Below are positions 35,428-38,951 of a stretch of DNA of 38,951 nucleotides, piece after piece. A model generated the notes under the pieces. The model searched no databases. It saw only the letters and a list, made by a program, of their open reading frames with translations, and was not told the DNA's origin. The stretch comes from Isurus oxyrinchus (lineage: Eukaryota): the NCBI GenBank assembly GCA_026770705.1, contig JANJGN010000385.1, positions 397,050 to 436,000 on the forward strand, given 5' to 3'. Within the stretch, counting starts at the first letter, position 1; each line of letters starts with the position of its first letter. The position numbers were made by a program, and so were the translations under genes.

Positions 35428-35932
35428 GTGAGTAATTTCAATCCTGACTTTTAAACAATTCCACATCTTGTCCAAACTCCGAGGTGAACCAAATCTCCCC
35501 TTGGGTGTTGCTGAAAACATGCTGTCGAAGGTTTCAGTCTCGTCAGGACAGAGTCACGAGAAAACCCAATCTCAAAGGGAACAGCCATTTCTGATGCGGG
35601 GGAAGAGGGCGTGCTGATTGGCTGGCAAGTCGACATTTCTCCACAGTTTGTTCACAATTCTCAGTGATGGTCACCATGAAACTACCAGATTGTTGTAAAA
35701 ACCCTTCAGTACTGTCCCTCCAACAGTGCAGATCTCCCTCGCTACTGACTCTCTAATAGTGTAGCACCCTCTCAGTACTGACCTTCTGACATTGCAGGAC
35801 TCCCTCAGTACTGAACTGAAGTGTCTGCCTGAATTAAGTTCTTTGTGGTGAAGGAACCTACATTGATATCACACCTTTCACATTCTCAGGGTCTCTCAAA
35901 GTGTTTCACAGTCAATGTAAGTAACTGATCAG

Positions 35933-36214
35933 ACACACCACAGAATCTCTCAATTAATTCTCTTGATATGATTAACGCTTCATCGATCAATATAATTGAG
36001 GGGAATTCTGCAGTGATAATCTGCTCTGTCGAGAGCTTCCCAGCTTCTAACCTGACGTGGCGACATCTTAATGTCCCAATGAACAGAACAAGTTCCAACA
36101 ATGAGCTGTGGTTGGTGATTCCTCACGTTACATCCAGGGACACGGGACACTATCAGTGTGCGGCAGAGAAGGAACATGGAGCAGTGGAGGGATTTATAAC
36201 CATCTCTGTGGAAC
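35933..36214 (+). CDS. Gene B fifth Ig (C2) exon
   Basis: cag|AC ACA CCA...GAA C|gtgagt, 282 bp; EGNSAVIICSVESFPASNLTW ... DTGHYQCAA; acceptor lacks a pyrimidine tract. Confidence 0.82.
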
Positions 36215-36249
36215 GTGAGTTACACAGAATTGAACGTTCTTGTGTTATT

Positions 36250-37285
36250 AGCTCATGGGATGTGGGCATTGTTGACAAGACCAGAAATTATTGCCCATCT
36301 GTAACTGCCCCTTGAGAAGGTGGTGGTGAGCTGCCTTCTTTAACCACTGCAGTCCATGTGGTGTAGGCACACCCACAGTGCTGTTTGGGAGGGAGTTCCA
36401 GGATTTTGTCCCAGTGATGGTGAAGGAACGGCCGATATAGTTCCAAGTCACAGGGCAGACCACCACCTCAAGTTCACCTCCAAATCACACACCTCACTGA
36501 CTTGGAACTGTCTTGGTGGAAGAGGTTAAGAGTTTGGAAGGTGCTGTCGAAGGAGCCTTGGTGAGTTGCTGCAGTGCATCTTGTAGATGGTGCACACTGC
36601 TGCCATTGTGTGCCAGTGGTGGAGGATATGAATGTTTATGCTGGTGGATGGGCTGTCGATCAAACAAGCTGCTCCTGGATGGTGTTGAGGTTCTTGAGTG
36701 TTGTTGGAGCTGCACTCATCCAGCCAAGTGGAGATTATTCCATCACACTCCTGACTTGTGCCTTGTCGATGGTGGACAGGCTTTGGGTGGTCAGGAGTTG
36801 AATTACTCACCACAGAGTTCCCAGCCTCTGACCCGCTCTTGTAGCCACATTATTTCCTGTTGCTGGGTTGTTGCCAGGGCCAATAGCCTTTGCTGTATCC
36901 AGTATCATCAGCTGATTCCTGATGTCACGTGGAGTCAATCGAATTGTCTGAAAGCTGACATCTGTGATGCTGAGACCCTCTGGAGGAGGCCGAGATGGAG
37001 CATCCACTCAGCACTTCTGGCTGAACATGGTTGCCAATGCTTCAGCCTTGTCGTTTGCACTGATGTGCTGAGCTCCCCCATCATTAAGGATGGGGATATT
37101 TGTGGAGCATCCTCCTCCTGTTAGATCTTTAATTGTCCATCACCATTCATGACTGGATGTGGCAGGACTGCAGAGCTTAGATCTGACCCGTTGGTTGTGG
37201 GATCGCTTTGCTCTGTCTATAGCATGTTGTTTCCGCTGTTTGGCGTGTATGTAGTCCTGTGTGTCACCTCAGCAGCTTGGCACCC
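36250..37285 (-). mobile_element. LINE fragments (same family as 9410-10145)
   Basis: Shared tail sequence and LDTAKAIGP-type ORF2 remnant. Confidence 0.75.
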
Positions 37286-37478
37286 CTGTTATATGTGAAT
37301 CCTCCTTATAGAAACCTGCATGTAGATGGATATTATCAATAAATATTACATAGATAAATGTTATTTGTATAAATCTTTCATGCATAGACAATATCACTTC
37401 ACAAGTTCAGAATTACTACATGTACATAGGGAACCATTCTCAAACTGTACCGGAGTCATTCATTGGCTGATTTTACAG

Positions 37479-37575
37479 GGCGAGATTCCAATGAATGGAA
37501 AGCAGGATTGCTTGGAGCTGGAATCTGTTTGAGTGTTGGACTGAGTGGATTCTTCATTTTCAAGTGTGTGAGAAA
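37479..37575 (+). CDS. Gene B transmembrane exon (97 bp)
   Basis: ttttacag|GG CGA GAT...AGA AA|gtaagt; RDSNEWKAGLLGAGICLSVGLSGFFIFKCVRK. Confidence 0.85.
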
Positions 37576-37879
37576 GTAAGTGTGAAGGTTTAATTGGTTG
37601 TTTTCGAAAATGTTTTCTTCAAACTTCTCTCCTTATAGAAAGAACTTGCATTTCTATAGCACCTTTCACAACCCAGAACCCTTCACAGCCTCTGAAGAAT
37701 TTTGATGTTCACCTACTGTTTAACATCTCATCCAACACTCAATGTTTCACAACTCAGACCTGTAACAGGCAGTGTTGACCCGGACCATAAGATACCTTGT
37801 GACCTACTGAGGATGTGAAAGGTGCTATATAAATGAAAACCTTTCTTTTGTTAGTGAATGCAATCTCTTTCCTTTTTCC

Positions 37880-38150
37880 ATGTTTCATTCACTCTCTCTT
37901 ATCTCCACTAATGTTGGCCTTCTCATTCTCTCTCTCATTCACTCTCTCTCCAATCTCCACTAATGCTCTCCTTCTCATTCTCTCTCTCATTCACTCTCTC
38001 TCTCCAGTCTCCACTAATGCTTTCCTTCTCATTCTCTCTCTCATTCACTCTCTCTCTTATCTTCAGTCATGCCCTCCTTCTCATTCTCGCTCTCATTCAC
38101 TCTCTCTCCTATCTCCACTAATGCTCTCCTTCTCATTCTCTCTCTCGTCC
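37880..38150. repeat. Pyrimidine-rich tandem repeat of ~50-bp units
   Basis: Recurring TCTCATTCTCTCTCTCATTCACTCTCTCT...TCTCCACTAATGCT. Confidence 0.85.
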
Positions 38151-38379
38151 TCTTACACAATGTTCAGTATCTCACATTTTTAAGGAGCGCTGAGCAACAT
38201 CTGCTCCTTCAGAAGATCCACCTCAACACCTGGAGTGAGCAGTGAATTGAAACTCGCTCACCAACTGCTCAGCTTTACACAGGAATCACGTCACAGAGTC
38301 AGGACACAAAGGGTTAACAGTTTGTTTACAACACAACACTAAGGCCCTACGTTTCAGTGAAAGGGTTTTCACAATTGTT

Positions 38380-38951
38380 CCCCAATTCCTGATTTTACTC
38401 ACAGAGACACATCAACCCTTTCTCATTAAATACACAGAGGGAGCAGCACAGGAAGAGGTCATTCAGCCCAAGCAGAGCGTGTGGGCAGTTCCTCCCCAGG
38501 CGAGCAGTCGGACAGGTCCTGGGTAAGTAACGGAACGATTGGAATTCACTTCCACGACCAACACCATCCTTTGTTGATGTTGTGACTTTATAAAGACAGA
38601 TTCCAATAACTGATGCCTTTGAAAGATTTCTACTGATTATTGAGATCTGGGTGTGAGGCTCAAGTCTGTTGTACAGAACATTTTTCTAGCTCAAGGGATG
38701 AGGGAAGAGCAGGGACATGAGCTTTGGGGTGTCCTGAGCAGGTGAAAGGCGATATAGAAATGCAAGTCCTTCATTGTTTTACTTTCTTAAAGCCTTGTAA
38801 CTCTCTGCAGAGCACCTATCATCCCACAGAGAATGAAATTAGTCTGTGAAGACATTGTCTAAAAGCAGTTCTGATCTCTCGAGAGGTGTCGGACAAGAGG
38901 TGAGGTCTCATTAACTCCTTTCTCTTTCACAGCTTGAGAACCAATGAAATA
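38380..38951 (+). promoter_or_regulatory. Promoter, non-coding exon, intron and start of leader exon of the next paralog (gene C), cut by the window end
   Basis: Homologous to array unit positions 13240-13820, including the GG|GTAAGT donor (38523) and an acceptor at 38931-38932. Confidence 0.75.

Noticed and set aside
29290-37575. Assigning a gene symbol (CD22, MAG, SIGLEC1, CD33)
   Set aside because: Family is clear but orthology needs a phylogeny; likely a lineage-specific expansion
37833-38183. Hydrophobic 116-aa ORF (also 7899-8172)
   Set aside because: Translation of CT-rich low-complexity repeats
38185-38245. Possible short cytoplasmic exon for gene B (ttttaag|G AGC GCT..., KSAEQHLLLQKIHLNTWSEQ*)
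   Set aside because: Phase-compatible but no homology to gene A's tail, no Tyr motif and no nearby poly(A) signal seen

Overview
Vertebrate genomic DNA, most likely a cartilaginous fish (inferred from the CR1-type LINEs and the 33-bp GTCAGTACTGAGGGAGTGCTGCACTGTC minisatellite), with one N-gap. The window is part of a + strand tandem cluster of Siglec-like (sialic-acid-binding Ig-like lectin) receptor genes. (1) 2.1-8.4 kb is the 3' end of gene A: one transmembrane exon followed by two tandem ~2.9-kb copies of the cytoplasmic module (82-bp exon, terminal exon with Tyr motifs, AATAAA). (2) 12.85-27.0 kb is an array of eight ~1.76-kb units. Each unit holds a putative promoter, a non-coding exon donor and an intact signal-peptide exon (MI[G/R]KSYF[L/I]LSLLQ), and all eight lie upstream of a single V-set exon. 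(3) 29.3-37.6 kb is the body of gene B: V-set with the essential Arg, four C2-type exons (one with TGA TGA), a TM exon and no recognisable cytoplasmic exons. (4) From 38.4 kb is the homologous promoter of the next paralog. The rest is LINE fragments, solo-LTR-like elements, mini/microsatellites and a 146-bp inverted repeat. Exon boundaries were read by eye from GT/AG sites and reading phase; no transcript evidence was available.
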